From Eledone cirrhosa (Eukaryota): DNA of 64,000 nt. The position numbers and the translations under genes are program-made. This document shows, one piece after another, positions 1 through 43,007 of this stretch (the stretch's first letter is position 1; every line of letters starts with the position of its first letter). The stretch covers positions 304,668,001-304,732,000 of the forward strand of contig OZ024740.1 of NCBI GenBank assembly GCA_964016885.1, given 5' to 3'. A model generated the notes under the pieces. The model was not told the DNA's origin. It did not search any database and worked only from the letters and a program-made list of their open reading frames with translations.

Positions 1-3000
1 ATGTGATGTCTGTTGTAATACCTAGCTACTGTATTACAATGTGATGTCTGTTGTAATACCTAGCTACTGTATTACAATGTGATGTCTGTTGTAATACCTA
101 GCTACTGTATTACAATGTGATGTCTGTTGTAATCCCTAGCTACTGTATTACAATGTGATGTCTGTTGTAATACCTAGCTACTGTATTACAATGTGATGTC
201 TGTTGTAATCCCTAGCTACTGTATTACAATGTGATGTCTGTTGTAATACCTAGCTACTGTATTACAATGTGATGTCTGTTGTAATACCTAGCTACTGTAT
301 TACAATGTGATGTCTGTTGTAATACCTAGCTACTGTATTACAATGTGATGTCTGTTGTAATACCTAGCTACTGTATTACAATGTGATGTCTGTTGTAATA
401 CCTAGCTACTGTATTACAATCTGATGTCTGTTGTAATACCTAGCTACTGTATTACAATGTGATGTCTGTTGTAATACCTAGCTACTGTATTACATTGTGA
501 TGTCTGTTGTAATACCTAGCTACTGTATTACAATGTGATTCTGTTGTAATCCCTAGCTACTGTATTACATTGTGATGTATGTTGTAATACCTAGCTACTG
601 TATTACAATGTGACGTATGTTGTAATCCCTAGCTACTGTATTACATTGTGATGTCTGTTGTAATACCTAGCTACTGTATTACAATGTGATGTCTGTTGTA
701 ATACCTAGCTACTGTATTACAATGTGATGTCTGTTGTAATACCTAGCTACTGTATTACATTGTGATGTCTGTTGTAATACCTAGCTACTGTATTACAATG
801 CGATGTCTGTTGTAATACCTAGCTACTGTATTACAATGTGATGTCTGTTGTAATACCTAGCTACTGTATTACAATGTGATGTATGTTGTAATACCTAGCT
901 ACTGTATTACAATGTGATGTCTGTTGTAATACCTAGCTACTGTATTACAATGTGATGTCTGTTGTAATCCCTAGCTACTGTATTACAATGTGATGTCTGT
1001 TGTAATACCTAGCTACTGTATTACAATGTGATGTCTGTTGTAATCCCTAGCTACTGTATTACAATGTGATGTCTGTTGTAATACCTAGCTACTGTATTAC
1101 AATGTGATGTCTGTTGTAATACCTAGATACTGTATTACAATGTGATGTCTGTTGTAATACCTAGATACTGTATTACAATGTGATGTCTGTTGTAATAACT
1201 AGCTACTGTATTACAATGTGATGTCTGTTGTAATCCCTAGCTACTGTATTACAATGTGATGTCTGTTGTAATACCTAGCTACTGTATTACAATGTGATGT
1301 CTGTTGTAATACCTAGCTACTGTATTACAATGTGATGTCTGTTGTAATACCTAGCTACTGTATTACAATGTGATGTCTGTTGTAATCCCTAGCTACTGTA
1401 TTACAATGTGATGTCTGTTGTAATACCTAGCTACTGTATTACAATGTGATGTCTGTTGTAATACCTAGCTACTGTATTACATTGTGATGTCTGTTGTAAT
1501 ACCTAGCTACTGTATTACAATGTGATGTCTGTTGTAATCCCTAGCTACTGTATTACAATGTGATGTCTGTTGTAATACCTAGCTACTGTATTACAATGTG
1601 ATGTCTGTTGTAATACCTAGCTACTGTATTACAATGTGATGTCTGTTGTAATACCTAGCTACTGTATTACAATGTGATGTCTGTTGTAATACCTAGCTAC
1701 TGTATTACATTGTGATGTCTGTTGTAATACCTAGCTACTGTATTACAATGTGATGTCTGTTGTAATACCTAGCTACTGTATTACATTGTGATGTCTGTTG
1801 TAATACCTAGCTACTGTATTACAATGTGATGTCTGTTGTAATACCTAGCTACTGTATTACATTGTGATGTCTGTTGTAATACCTAGCTACTGTATTACAT
1901 TGTGATGTCTGTTGTAATACCTAGCTACTGTATTACAATGTGATGTCTGTTGTAATACCTAGCTACTGTATTACAATGTGATGTCTGTTGTAATCCCTAG
2001 CTACTGTATTACAATGTGATGTCTGTTGTAATACCTAGCTACTGTATTACAATGTGATGTCTGTTGTAATACCTAGCTACTGTATTACAATGTGATGTCT
2101 GTTGTAATACCTAGCTACTGTATTACAATGTGATGTCTGTTGTAATACCTAGCTACTGTATTACAATGTGATGTCTGTTGTAATACCTAGCTACTGTATT
2201 ACAATGTGATGTCTGTTGTAATACCTAGCTACTGTATTACAATGTGATGTCTGTTGTAATACCTAGCTACTGTATTACAATGTGATGTCTGTTGTAATAC
2301 CTAGCTACTGTATTACAATGTGATGTCTGTTGTAATACCTAGCTACTGTATTACAATGTGATGTCTGTTGTAATACCTAGCTACTGTATTACAATGTGAT
2401 GTCTGTTGTAATACCTAGCTACTGTATTACAATGTGATGTCTGTTGTAATACCTAGCTACTGTATTACAATGTGATGTATGTTGTAATCCCTAGCTACTG
2501 TATTACAATGTGATGTCTGTTGTAATCCCTAGCTACTGTATTACAATGTGATGTGTTGTAATCCCTAGCTACTGTATTACAATGTGATGTCTGTTGTAAT
2601 ACCTAGCTACTGTATTACAATGTGATGTCTGTTGTAATACCTAGCTACTGTATTACAATGTGATGTCTGTTGTAATACCTAGCTACTGTATTACAATGTG
2701 ATGTCTGTTGTAATACCTAGCTACTGTATTACAATGTGATGTCTGTTGTAATACCTAGCTACTGTATTACAATGTGATGTCTGTTGTAATCCCTAGCTAC
2801 TGTATTACAATGTGATGTCTGTTGTAATACCTAGCTACTGTATTACAATGTGATGTCTGTTGTAATACCTAGCTACTGTATTACATTGTGATGTCTGTTG
2901 TAATACCTAGCTACTGTATTACAATGTGATGTCTGTTGTAATACCTAGCTACTGTATTACAATGTGATGTCTGTTGTAATACCTAGCTACTGTATTACAT

Positions 3001-6000
3001 TGTGATGTCTGTTGTAATACCTAGCTACTGTATTACAATGTGATGTCTGTTGTAATACCTAGCTACTGTATTACAATGTGATGTCTGTTGTAATACCTAG
3101 CTACTGTATTACAATGTGATGTATGTTGTAATACCTAGCTACTGTATTACAATGTGATGTCTGTTGTAATACCTAGCTACTGTATTACAATGTGATGTCT
3201 GTTGTAATCCCTAGCTACTGTATTACAATGTGATGTCTGTTGTAATACCTAGCTACTGTATTACAATGTGATGTCTGTTGTAATCCCTAGCTACTGTATT
3301 ACAATGTGATGTCTGTTGTAATACCTAGCTACTGTATTACAATGTGATGTCTGTTGTAATACCTAGCTACTGTATTACAATGTGATGTCTGTTGTAATAA
3401 CTAGCTACTGTATTACAATGTGATGTCTGTTGTAATCCCTAGCTACTGTATTACAATGTGATGTCTGTTGTAATACCTAGCTACTGTATTACAATGTGAT
3501 GTCTGTTGTAATACCTAGCTACTGTATTACAATGTGATGTCTGTTGTAATACCTAGCTACTGTATTACAATGTGATGTCTGTTGTAATACCTAGCTACTG
3601 TATTACAATGTGATGTCTGTTGTAATACCTAGCTACTGTATTACAATGTGATGTCTGTTGTAATACCTAGCTACTGTATTACAATGTGATGTCTGTTGTA
3701 ATCCCTAGCTACTGTATTACAATGTGATGTCTGTTGTAATACCTAGCTACTGTATTACAATGTGATGTCTGTTGTAATCCCTAGCTACTGTATTACAATG
3801 TGATGTCTGTTGTAATACCTAGCTACTGTATTACAATGTGATGTCTGTTGTAATACCTAGCTACTGTATTACAATGTGATGTCTGTTGTAATACCTAGCT
3901 ACTGTATTACAATGTGATGTCTGTTGTAATACCTAGCTACTGTATTACAATGTGATGTCTGTTGTAATACCTAGCTACTGTATTACAATCTGATGTCTGT
4001 TGTAATACCTAGCTACTGTATTACAATGTGATGTCTGTTGTAATACCTAGCTACTGTATTACATTGTGATGTCTGTTGTAATACCTAGCTACTGTATTAC
4101 AATGTGATTCTGTTGTAATCCCTAGCTACTGTATTACATTGTGATGTATGTTGTAATACCTAGCTACTGTATTACAATGTGACGTATGTTGTAATCCCTA
4201 GCTACTGTATTACATTGTGATGTCTGTTGTAATACCTAGCTACTGTATTACAATGTGATGTCTGTTGTAATACCTAGCTACTGTATTACAATGTGATGTC
4301 TGTTGTAATACCTAGCTACTGTATTACATTGTGATGTCTGTTGTAATACCTAGCTACTGTATTACAATGTGATGTCTGTTGTAATACCTAGCTACTGTAT
4401 TACAATGTGATGTCTGTTGTAATACCTAGCTACTGTATTACAATGTGATGTATGTTGTAATACCTAGCTACTGTATTACAATGTGATGTCTGTTGTAATA
4501 CCTAGCTACTGTATTACAATGTGATGTCTGTTGTAATCCCTAGCTACTGTATTACAATGTGATGTCTGTTGTAATACCTAGCTACTGTATTACAATGTGA
4601 TGTCTGTTGTAATCCCTAGCTACTGTATTACAATGTGATGTCTGTTGTAATACCTAGCTACTGTATTACAATGTGATGTCTGTTGTAATACCTAGATACT
4701 GTATTACAATGTGATGTCTGTTGTAATACCTAGATACTGTATTACAATGTGATGTCTGTTGTAATAACTAGCTACTGTATTACAATGTGATGTCTGTTGT
4801 AATCCCTAGCTACTGTATTACAATGTGATGTCTGTTGTAATACCTAGCTACTGTATTACAATGTGATGTCTGTTGTAATACCTAGCTACTGTATTACAAT
4901 GTGATGTCTGTTGTAATACCTAGCTACTGTATTACAATGTGATGTCTGTTGTAATACCTAGCTACTGTATTACAATGTGATGTCTGTTGTAATACCTAGC
5001 TACTGTATTACAATGTGATGTCTGTTGTAATACCTAGCTACTGTATTACAATGTGATGTCTGTTGTAATCCCTAGCTACTGTATTACAATGTGATGTCTG
5101 TTGTAATACCTAGCTACTGTATTACAATGTGATGTCTGTTGTAATACCTAGCTACTGTATTACAATGTGATGTCTGTTGTAATCCCTAGCTACTGTATTA
5201 CAATGTGATGTCTGTTGTAATACCTAGCTACTGTATTACAATGTGATGTCTGTTGTAATACCTAGCTACTGTATTACAATGTGATGTCTGTTGTAATACC
5301 TAGCTACTGTATTACAATGTGATGTCTGTTGTAATACCTAGCTACTGTATTACAATGTGATGTCTGTTGTAATACCTAGCTACTGTATTACAATCTGATG
5401 TCTGTTGTAATACCTAGCTACTGTATTACAATGTGATGTCTGTTGTAATACCTAGCTACTGTATTACATTGTGATGTCTGTTGTAATACCTAGCTACTGT
5501 ATTACAATGTGATTCTGTTGTAATCCCTAGCTACTGTATTACATTGTGATGTCTGTTGTAATACCTAGCTACTGTATTACAATGTGACGTATGTTGTAAT
5601 CCCTAGCTACTGTATTACATTGTGATGTCTGTTGTAATACCTAGCTACTGTATTACATTGTGATGTCTGTTGTAATCCCTAGCTACTGTATTACATTGTG
5701 ATGTCTGTTGTAATACCTAGCTACTGTATTACAATGTGATGTCTGTTGTAATCCCTAGCTACTGTATTACAATGTGATGTCTGTTGTAATACCTAGCTAC
5801 TGTATTACAATGTGATGTCTGTTGTAATAACTAGCTACTGTATTACATTGTGATGTCTGTTGTAATACCTAGCTACTGTATTACAATGTGATGTCTGTTG
5901 TAATACCTAGCTACTGTATTACAATGTGATGTCTGTTGTAATCCCTAGCTACTGTATTACAATGTGATGTCTGTTGTAATACCTAGCTACTGTATTACAT

Positions 6001-6360
6001 TGTGATGTCTGTTGTAATACCTAGTTACTGTATTACAATGTGATATCTGTTGTAATACCTAGCTACTGTATTACATTGTGATGTCTGTTGTAATACCTAG
6101 CTACTGTATTACAATGTGATGTCTGTTGTAATACCTAGCTACTGTATTACAATGTGATGTCTGTTGTAATACCTAGCTACTGTATTACAATGTGATGTCT
6201 GTTGTAATACCTAGCTACTGTATTACATTGTGATGTCTGTTGTAATACCTAGCTACTGTATTACAATGTGATGTCTGTTGTAATACCTAGCTACTGTATT
6301 ACAATGTGATGTCTGTTGTAATACCTAGCTACTGTATTACATTGTGATGTTTGTTGTAAT
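1..6360. repeat. 38-bp tandem satellite (ATGTGATGTCTGTTGTAATACCTAGCTACTGTATTACA)n, about 165 copies, open at the left window edge
   Basis: Direct periodicity of 38; decays at about 6345-6420; lies in an intron of the minus-strand ACAD gene. Confidence 0.99.
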
Positions 6361-6439
6361 ATCTGACTAATGCATCACAAAATATTTTTGTTGTATTACC
6401 AAGCTACTGTAGTACATCATATTTCTATCATATTACCTA

Positions 6440-6813
6440 CTCTCAGGTCCCAAATAATAGGATGTGGGGTGGAATAACAAGGGGGGTTGGAATAAGCAGG
6501 GGAGTGGAAAATTGATAATTTTCTGGGTTGTCTATCTTGATTTTTCTAAAAACCAGAATTTGCCATTTAGTTTACATATTGAGACCCCAACCCATTCTAT
6601 TTATTTTGTAATGTATGGGATTTCTAGTAAGGTACATTTTTGTACATTAATTGTTGCATTTTGTACATTTTGGTATGTTTTTTAAGGTACAGGAATGCTA
6701 CCAGTTAAATTAAAATTTCAGCGGAGATAGACTAGCAAAATTTAATAAGCGACAGGATTGGAAAAAGAATGAGGAGTTGGAAAAAATCTGAAAAATTATT
6801 TGAGACCTGAGAG
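6440..6813. mobile_element. MITE with ~20-bp TIRs and TA target duplication (Tc1/mariner-pogo type)
   Basis: TA|CTCTCAGGTCCCAAATAAT ... ATTATTTGAGACCTGAGAG|TA; related copies at 20033, 22615, 34346 and 36501. Confidence 0.88.
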
Positions 6814-7149
6814 TAGCCACTGTATTGCATCGTAATATTTGTTGTGATATTTAGCTATCAGTTTGACTTCTTATTGACTCAACCAGTTGGAACGTCTGTT
6901 AACTCTTAACATTCTATATTTGATTTGACAGAAAATATCTAAAAACAGGTTTGTTAATTCAAATGTTTATAATATCTTTACTTGCGGAAATTTGCAGAAA
7001 AACTTAATTAAAGACTTAATTTTTCATGTGATGCAACCACATTCTATTATTTTGAGAATGGCTTGCTCATTTAGCTTCATGTGGATGGTAGGAGATTTTA
7101 AAAAATGTACAAACACAGTAAATCAGTGAAATAAAATAGTAGACCTTAC

Positions 7150-35785
<28,636 letters not shown>

Positions 35786-36412
35786 TTTAAATACGATTAT
35801 TTCTAATTGACCAAAACAAAGGAAAGATAACTCTAAATTATATTATATTAGCTGATAGTGCCCTTATCTTGTACATTAACGTTTCAATCTAAGTTTATTT
35901 GATTTTCGTTTTTGACCTAGTGACGTAAGTAAATATTATTTAATAATGATAATGCTATCAGTAAATATTTCGACTTTGATCCCAAACAACCAATATATGA
36001 GAATCTAGTATTAAACATGTCGTATATAGGCGCTTTCAGTATTTACATTTGTAAACTAAAAGCAAATTTGAATGACTGATCTATATTATAATTCTGTTTG
36101 TATAGTTTAATTTTATTGTTTTGCTTCGCTCTTGTAAATTTCTTTGTTTCTCTCACCACTGAAATATACTCCACGCATGCTAGAATTTATTTTACGATAT
36201 GATTCGTACATTTATCACTGACGACGAGCAATAAAAGACATGTTTTGACTTTTTCGGCCAACATCTCTGCACTATTTCTTATTCTTTCTACTTGTTCAGG
36301 CGCCCAATCTAAACGGATCGGAATCGATGATGAGTTTCTTAGATGTTCATTGAATTATAGTGTAAAATAGCTGAATGTTGTTTTCAGACGTAAAGTTAGC
36401 AACCCTCCTCAG
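35786..36412. promoter_or_regulatory. Putative bidirectional promoter and non-coding first exon of the plus-strand gene
   Basis: Repeat-free, relatively CpG-retaining stretch upstream of the ACAD ATG; TGACGTAA at 35921; plus-strand donor CAG|GTAAAC at 36412/36413. Confidence 0.45.
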
Positions 36413-36500
36413 GTAAACAGCGCGGTACAATATGCTACAAGGCTGGGCTTTCAGAGTTGAAATAAATTTCACTCGTTGGTATTTTACCCAGTTGCGTCTA

Positions 36501-36889
36501 CTCTTGGGTCTAGAATAATCGTTCACACACCCGCTTATTAATTTTTCAGCCCCCCCCCCACATACGCTTATTCATTTTTCAGCCCCCCTCCCCCCACACC
36601 TACGCTTATTAAATTTTGCTAATCTAGCGAAATTTAATTTTAAGTAGTAGCATTCCTGCAATAATTAATTTTCCTTAGACATCAAAAAACATTATACATG
36701 ACAAAAAAAAAAGAACATTACAAGAAATTCCATACGTTATAAAATAAATAGGATGAGTTGGGGGTCTCAGTATGTAAAGTAAATGACTAATTCTGTTTTT
36801 TTTAAAAAGCAAGGGAGACAACATAGAAAAATTATCGCCCCCTCCCGCTTATTCCAGCCCCCCCCCCCCTATTATTTGGGATTTGAGAG
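36501..36889. mobile_element. MITE (family of 6440-6813, opposite orientation) with TA duplication
   Basis: TA|CTCTTGGGTCTAGAATAAT ... ATTATTTGGGATTTGAGAG|TA. Confidence 0.82.
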
Positions 36890-37346
36890 TACGCAATATG
36901 TATGATGGAAGATAATTTGTCCAAAGTGTCACACATTGGGATTAAGTGTAATCGCAAGATTGCGATATGAACTTCTCATTATTCCAATCATACCTGTATA
37001 AGTAAGGTGCCCGATATGGCCCTAATAATTCTACACCTACCCTGTCTACCACCTGTACACCACCTTATGTCCCTCCTCACCTACCTATTCTATCATCTGT
37101 GCACTGACATTTACTCCATTCATACTTGATCCTTCCACAATCACTATTACTATCCCCATCATTACTATCTTCTACCATCATTCATCTAGCTTAACCTGTC
37201 TCCCAACTGATAGCATTGACTTAAGGATGGGTGTTTGTCCTGCCCACATTTAATGTCCTGACCATCATCTTTCACAGTTAAACCATTCTCTCTCCTGAAT
37301 TGCTCTTGGATGACATGTTGATTATGATGGTCAAGTCACTCATGAA

Positions 37347-38041
37347 TCATCATCATCATCATCATTTTACGTCCGTTCTTCCATGCTAGCATGGGTTAGA
37401 CGGGTTGTCCTGTTGTGGGCAGTGTCTGGTCGGCTGACCATGCCTTGCTCATACAGGAACTGATTTTGGCTTGATTTCTACAGCTGGATGCCCTTCCTAA
37501 CACCAATCTCATTTACAGTGAGTGCTGGGTGCTTTTTTTCTGTGGCGCCTACACGTCCACTTTACAGTGCGGGCTGGGTGCTTTTTTGCCGTGGCACCTC
37601 CACGACCACTTTTCAGTGGGAGGGTGTGGGGGCATATTGTCTATATGCTTCAGCTTGTACCCATGAGTGGTCAGGTACTCTGTATTACTGCATGATGCCA
37701 GAGGTCACGGTCATGTGTCATCGCCTTTGAGAGGTGTAATTGGGTAAGGTCGGCTTTTATCACCTCATCCCATGTCTTCTTGGGTCTCCCCACTCTGCGG
37801 TTTCCATTGACTTCTAGTGCTCTGCACCTTTTTATGCAGCTGTCATCCTTCATACGCATCACATGTCCATACCAACGCAACCGCCTCTCCTGCACACAGC
37901 ATTTGATTCCTCTTATGCTCAGTCTCTCTCTCAATTCATTTATGCTTTGTCGTTCGCGTATATTACTATTACACATCCATCGGAGCATGCAGGCTTCGTT
38001 TCTTTCTAATCTACGTAAGTCTTCCACCTTCAGCGCCCAGG
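37347..38041 (-). mobile_element. RTE LINE 3' fragment, same family as 25150-28345
   Basis: [18 protein letters not shown]...WYGHVMRM; (CAT)n tail. Confidence 0.9.
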
Positions 38042-39409
38042 TGACCTAGTACAACCTGTTATGTAATAAGGTCACATTGAAGGAATACATGAGATGATCA
38101 ATAAAAGACAGACTATTGAAATTTTCACAGTAACAGCGATTGATAGTATTACTATTTTTTTTTTTTTTTTTTTTTTCTTATATTTTTGGGGGAATTAAGA
38201 AACTCTATATGCCCCAAAAGTTTCTCCTTGAGACACAAATTTTGAAAATCAAATACGTTTTTGCTAGGTTGCACTATTTTGGAACCTTTCAGTGACATAC
38301 TCACATATATAAGAACATACATACACACATGCACTCTCAATTATTTAGATGTCACTATAAAAGTCGATGGGTTGGTACTTTTTACTCCTCAAAAATTTTT
38401 TTTTCATTTTATCAAGCACAAGTCAAGACTTAAACTTAGTACTGCTAATAGATGGTAGGCCTTTGTCATACACTTCAGCTGCTAGCACACTTCTTAATAC
38501 ATATCTTAATTAATTACCAATGTTAGTGCTAATTGTATGCAAATTGGTATGTCCATTTCAGAATAATACTAAGAGTGAATGGATATATAAACCCATCAAA
38601 TACATGTTTCCTTGTGGTTGGAATACGCATCTTCTGATGATGGTCCAATTAGATCTGAAAACAATTTACAGGGAAATTTGTATTTTCTGCTATGTTTACA
38701 TGCCTAGATATGTGTATATATTTATACACATTGGTGTAATCTCGGTTACACATCCTAGCGCACTTCTTACTATGTATCTTAATTAATTACCAAATTAGTA
38801 TGTCCATTTCAGAATAATACTAAAATGTTTCCTTGTGATTGATTGGATGATATATTTCATGTTATAACTTGAGTTGTTTTTCATTAAAAGTTTCTTTTGT
38901 TTGGAAAAAAAATAAAATAAAAGTAATTCAACGTTTTTGCATGAAAATAACAATTTTTAAACATACACAATACAGTAAGTATACATAGAAAAATAGAAAT
39001 ACATTAAAGAATACCTTCTTCTCTTCTTCAACCACTTATTCCTGAGAGGGTCATGGGGGCAGAGTCCTCAAACACTCCTTTCAGCAGGTCCTATTAGAAG
39101 CAACCGTTTCCAACTGATCCAGCTTCTTTGGGGTCTCGAGATATGCAATCTTTGAGCATCCATCCCATGCTTCCCAGGACAGGCCACAGGCCCTTCAGCA
39201 GTTTTTACAACATGAAATGGAGACTGCAATATATTTTTCCAACAGGCCCCTCAACCTAAGGCTGAGGAATACCTAACAATTGTAATATTGTATTAGTCTA
39301 CATTCTTACCATAAAAGATATTGACTGTTGTATGAGGGAAAACGGTGGAATGGAGGTTATTAGGATGACAAGGGACACTAATTTCTACTATATAGTTCTT
39401 CATCATCAT

Positions 39410-40930
39410 CATCTATTCATGAAGTGAAGAACTTGGCCAAACTTGTTTGACGTTTATGACACATGACGTTTTTATACAGCTCAGTGTAGGAACTGAGCTC
39501 ATTGTAAACTCTTTTTTCAATTTTTATGTTTTGTTCACAATTAGGCTGATGATCAGTAAAAACCTGCAGGCCTTCCTCTATAAGTGCCAACACTTTAGTA
39601 ATATTATTTGCAGTCAATTTATTTTCTGTATTCTCTTCTTACGATGTGGTCTGCTTTTGTTCTAACAACATCAGCTCTTCTTTAGATAAGTTTTCTCATT
39701 TGCCAGTGTCACAATATCTTTCTGAACTTGATGTGAACTTTCCTGTTTCTGGAAACTTGTAAAATCACAGATACAGCCCTGCAATATATTTTTCCAAGCA
39801 TCATTCATAGCTGGGTGTGTCACTTCATACTATCATTTAGCTATGTTACCTGCAGTATCCATAGTGTTGAACTTCATCTCTAATTGTAGGTTTATCTACC
39901 CCCACTCCCACCCCATCAATTGCTTTCATAAGTTGTTTAAAAGTTAGCTATCACACTTTGATCTATTGGCTGGAGCAAAAATTGTTGTGTTGTTGGGGAT
40001 ATATTCAACTCTCATATCAGAAAACTCATTTAGATTCATTGTGTGGCTTGGTGTATTGTCTAAAAGGAGGAAGGCTTTGTTGGAAATATTATGTTTAGCT
40101 CTGTATTTTTCTACAATATGACAAAAAAGGTTTGTAAACCACACTTCAAAAAAGCTTAGTCATTCATGACTTCTTATTTGAACATCAAATCAAAGGCAGA
40201 TTAAACTTTATATAACCCATGAATGCCCCTGGATTTTTAGAGTGATATACATGTAGCGGGTTTAATCTCATATCATCAAAAGTATCTCCTCTCAGAAGAA
40301 GATGCAGCAGACGAATTTTTGAAGCTTTAAATCCTGGTATTCATTTTTTTTCTCCAAGAAATAAAAGTTCTAACAGGCTTTCAGAAAGTTGCAATTTCAT
40401 CAACATTGTATACTTGTTCTTGTGTGTAGTATCTTTCAACATTCTTTTTCTTCAGCTGCTCATAATAATAATTAGTAGAAACCAGTCATTTTAATGTTTT
40501 GAAAATTCAAGCATTTCTTAAACTTTTCAAACTAGCTGTCACCAGCCATAAAAGGGTTTTCATGAAAAGTTTTATCTTCTTTTTTCAGTAAATTGTCATG
40601 CAAACTTTTAGGTTTTGCTTGAATGACTATCGTGCATATTAGGACAATACATCAAGTTTGCTTGTTTCTACACACACACAAAAGCCATTCCATTTCAAGC
40701 ATCACATTAAATCTATTAAAAAAATAATGTCTGAGCAGTTCATTGAGTAGCTGCTTGAGCACTTCATTTTCTCTTTATTGTCATGCATTGCTCCCACTGT
40801 AGCTATTGGAAGCTTTAATGTTTTGGCAATATGACTGACTTTTTCTCCAGATCAACTAGTGTAATAACTTTATTGCTCCTTTTTGCACTACTGTCCTCAC
40901 TTACATTTGATGGATTCTTTCCTGACATCT
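39410..40930 (-). mobile_element. Decayed Tigger/pogo transposase
   Basis: KAFLLLDNTPSH, VEYIPNNTT, C-terminal KRQTSLAKFF; many stops. Confidence 0.75.
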
Positions 40931-41254
40931 TGGTTAAGAGTAATGTACTCTACTGTAGGAGTTTTAAGTAAACCCAACAGCAGCAATGATCAACAATTGT
41001 CCACAGAAAATATGTGGTAAAAGAATTGCATCAGGAAAGACCTATTTTGTGAGAGTACTAAGTCTTGTTTTATTCATATGTATTTAAAACGGGAAATGAG
41101 AAGATGAAAGGGTGGATGAGTGAGGTGGGAGGAAGTACTGTATGATTATAATTAGTTGCTGGGTTTCCAGGCTGGCTTTATTCCAGCCAAATTCCTGAAC
41201 TTTGGTCTTTTCTTGTTTTCTTTTTCAACTTAAGTAGCTTTAGAATATTGATAC

Positions 41255-41580
41255 AGGTGATGGTGATGTTGTTAGTGGCAGTGGTAGTGGTGTAGTTGAT
41301 GGTCATATTGTTTGGTGATTGAGTTAGTAGTAGTGGTGGATATTGTTGGTAGTGGCAGTGGTCATATTGTTTGATGTTGGTGGTGGTGGTAGTAGATATT
41401 GTTGGTAGTGGTAGTGGTCATATTGTTTTGGTGATGGTGATGTTGTTGGTGGTAGTGGTATTGTAGTTGATGGTCATATTGTTTTGATGGTGTTGTTGGT
41501 GGTAGGGGTATTGTTAGTAGTGGTAGTGGTTATTTTGCTGATGGTAGTGGAATTGTTAATTGTATTGTTATTGTTGTTTA
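41255..41580. repeat. Degenerate (GGT/AGT)n low-complexity repeat
   Basis: Direct reading. Confidence 0.8.
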
Positions 41581-41689
41581 GTCTCAGGTCAACCCACATT
41601 AAGAAGACATAGATGTGAAAAAGTGCAGGAGAGCAAGCAAAAAAAGAGAAAATATGCATAAGTGACCGAAATGGGATTCCTCGATAGAG

Positions 41690-41965
41690 TATGTAGCTCA
41701 GAGATTAGAGCATCAAACCTGGCACAGCAGCTACTTCTCCGAATTGAAAGTGGTTAGAATGTCTCAGGAAAGAATCACTGGACAGATTTTACGGGCAAAA
41801 CCAACTGGCAGTAGACCCCGAGCAAGATTGTTGGAGCTTGATTCATGAGCTTGACTGGTCTCGCTTGGGGATCCAGCTGGATCAATTGGAAATGGTTGCT
41901 TCTCACAGGACCCGCTGGAAGAAGTGTTTGTGGACTCTGCCCCCACTGGAATAAGTGGGCGAAGA
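41690..41965 (+). mobile_element. 3' fragment of a second RTE-like family (related pieces near 21100, 39020, 49380 and 58565)
   Basis: Recurrent GTGGTTAGAATGTCTCAGGAAAGAAT...GCAAAACCAACTGGCAG with GAA tail. Confidence 0.65.
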
Positions 41966-43007
41966 AGGGTTTGTTTTAAATCCTGGCATTTGCAATGGGG
42001 AGATAAATAAGGAGGTTGATGTGAGTATATAGGCGAACACATTGCTGTACAGCTCAGTGTCTATAGGCACAAACATACAAAGCAGACAAATATAGTGTGT
42101 ACATATAAGTACCAGGAGAAGTGGAGAGTTTGCTGATGAAAAATGAATTGTTACGTATAAAAGGGGGCGCAAGCTCTCCTATCCCGATGTCATCTCCAGA
42201 GATTCCGGTATTGAAATCCAGGATTTGGCATTGGCAATTAGAGGCAGACCCATGTGGAGATCAATTGTTGAGTCGATGTTGGCTGAGGCTGCCAGATGAT
42301 GATGATGATTACTGATTTGAATGTTTGTAACATATTTATAAATGCTACCTTTATCTCTGCCCCCACATCAGATAAGAAAACAATATTATTCCCATTAGAA
42401 ACAGACCTTAAGAAATGCCTCCTCCCCCCCTCCTCCTCCTCCTCCTCCTCATATGACCCATAATCTCTCGGTAGTTTGTGATATAAAATACACATGATAA
42501 ATGTGTTTTTTTCATTTATTTTTTAAAGCCAGTGTTTGGTATTTAGTGATAGAATAAAACGTGTGTAGTCTAATTAGAGCACTCCGCTTCATTAGAATGA
42601 GCTAACAAAATCAAAGGGTGACCAGACTTCATTAATATTTGGTGTGTGCTGCCTAGCTAAACTAGGATTGCTGTCTTAGTTTTCTTATCAAATACCATCA
42701 TTGCCACCATTTTAGTCACAACTACTGTAAGCATCATCATCTTTATCATTATATTGATTTCTTTAACTGTCAATGAAAATGTTTCATTATAGGATTTAAT
42801 TGATTAGATATTTAAAATTTGAGATGTGTATGTCCCACTGGTAATGACCAGAATAAATTCTCTCATATTGGCTTGTCTTTTGGTAACTTTGTCAGTGTGT
42901 TGGTTCGATTATTTCTCACTATTACTGTTAACAACATATTCATAATAATCATTGTATGTCTTAACCGTTTCATGACCACATTTCTAATGAAATACACCCT
43001 ATTTTAA

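Noticed and set aside
1-6360. CRISPR-like array (palindromic ~38-bp repeats)
   Set aside because: Units are head to tail with no unique spacers, no cas genes, and the context is a eukaryotic intron
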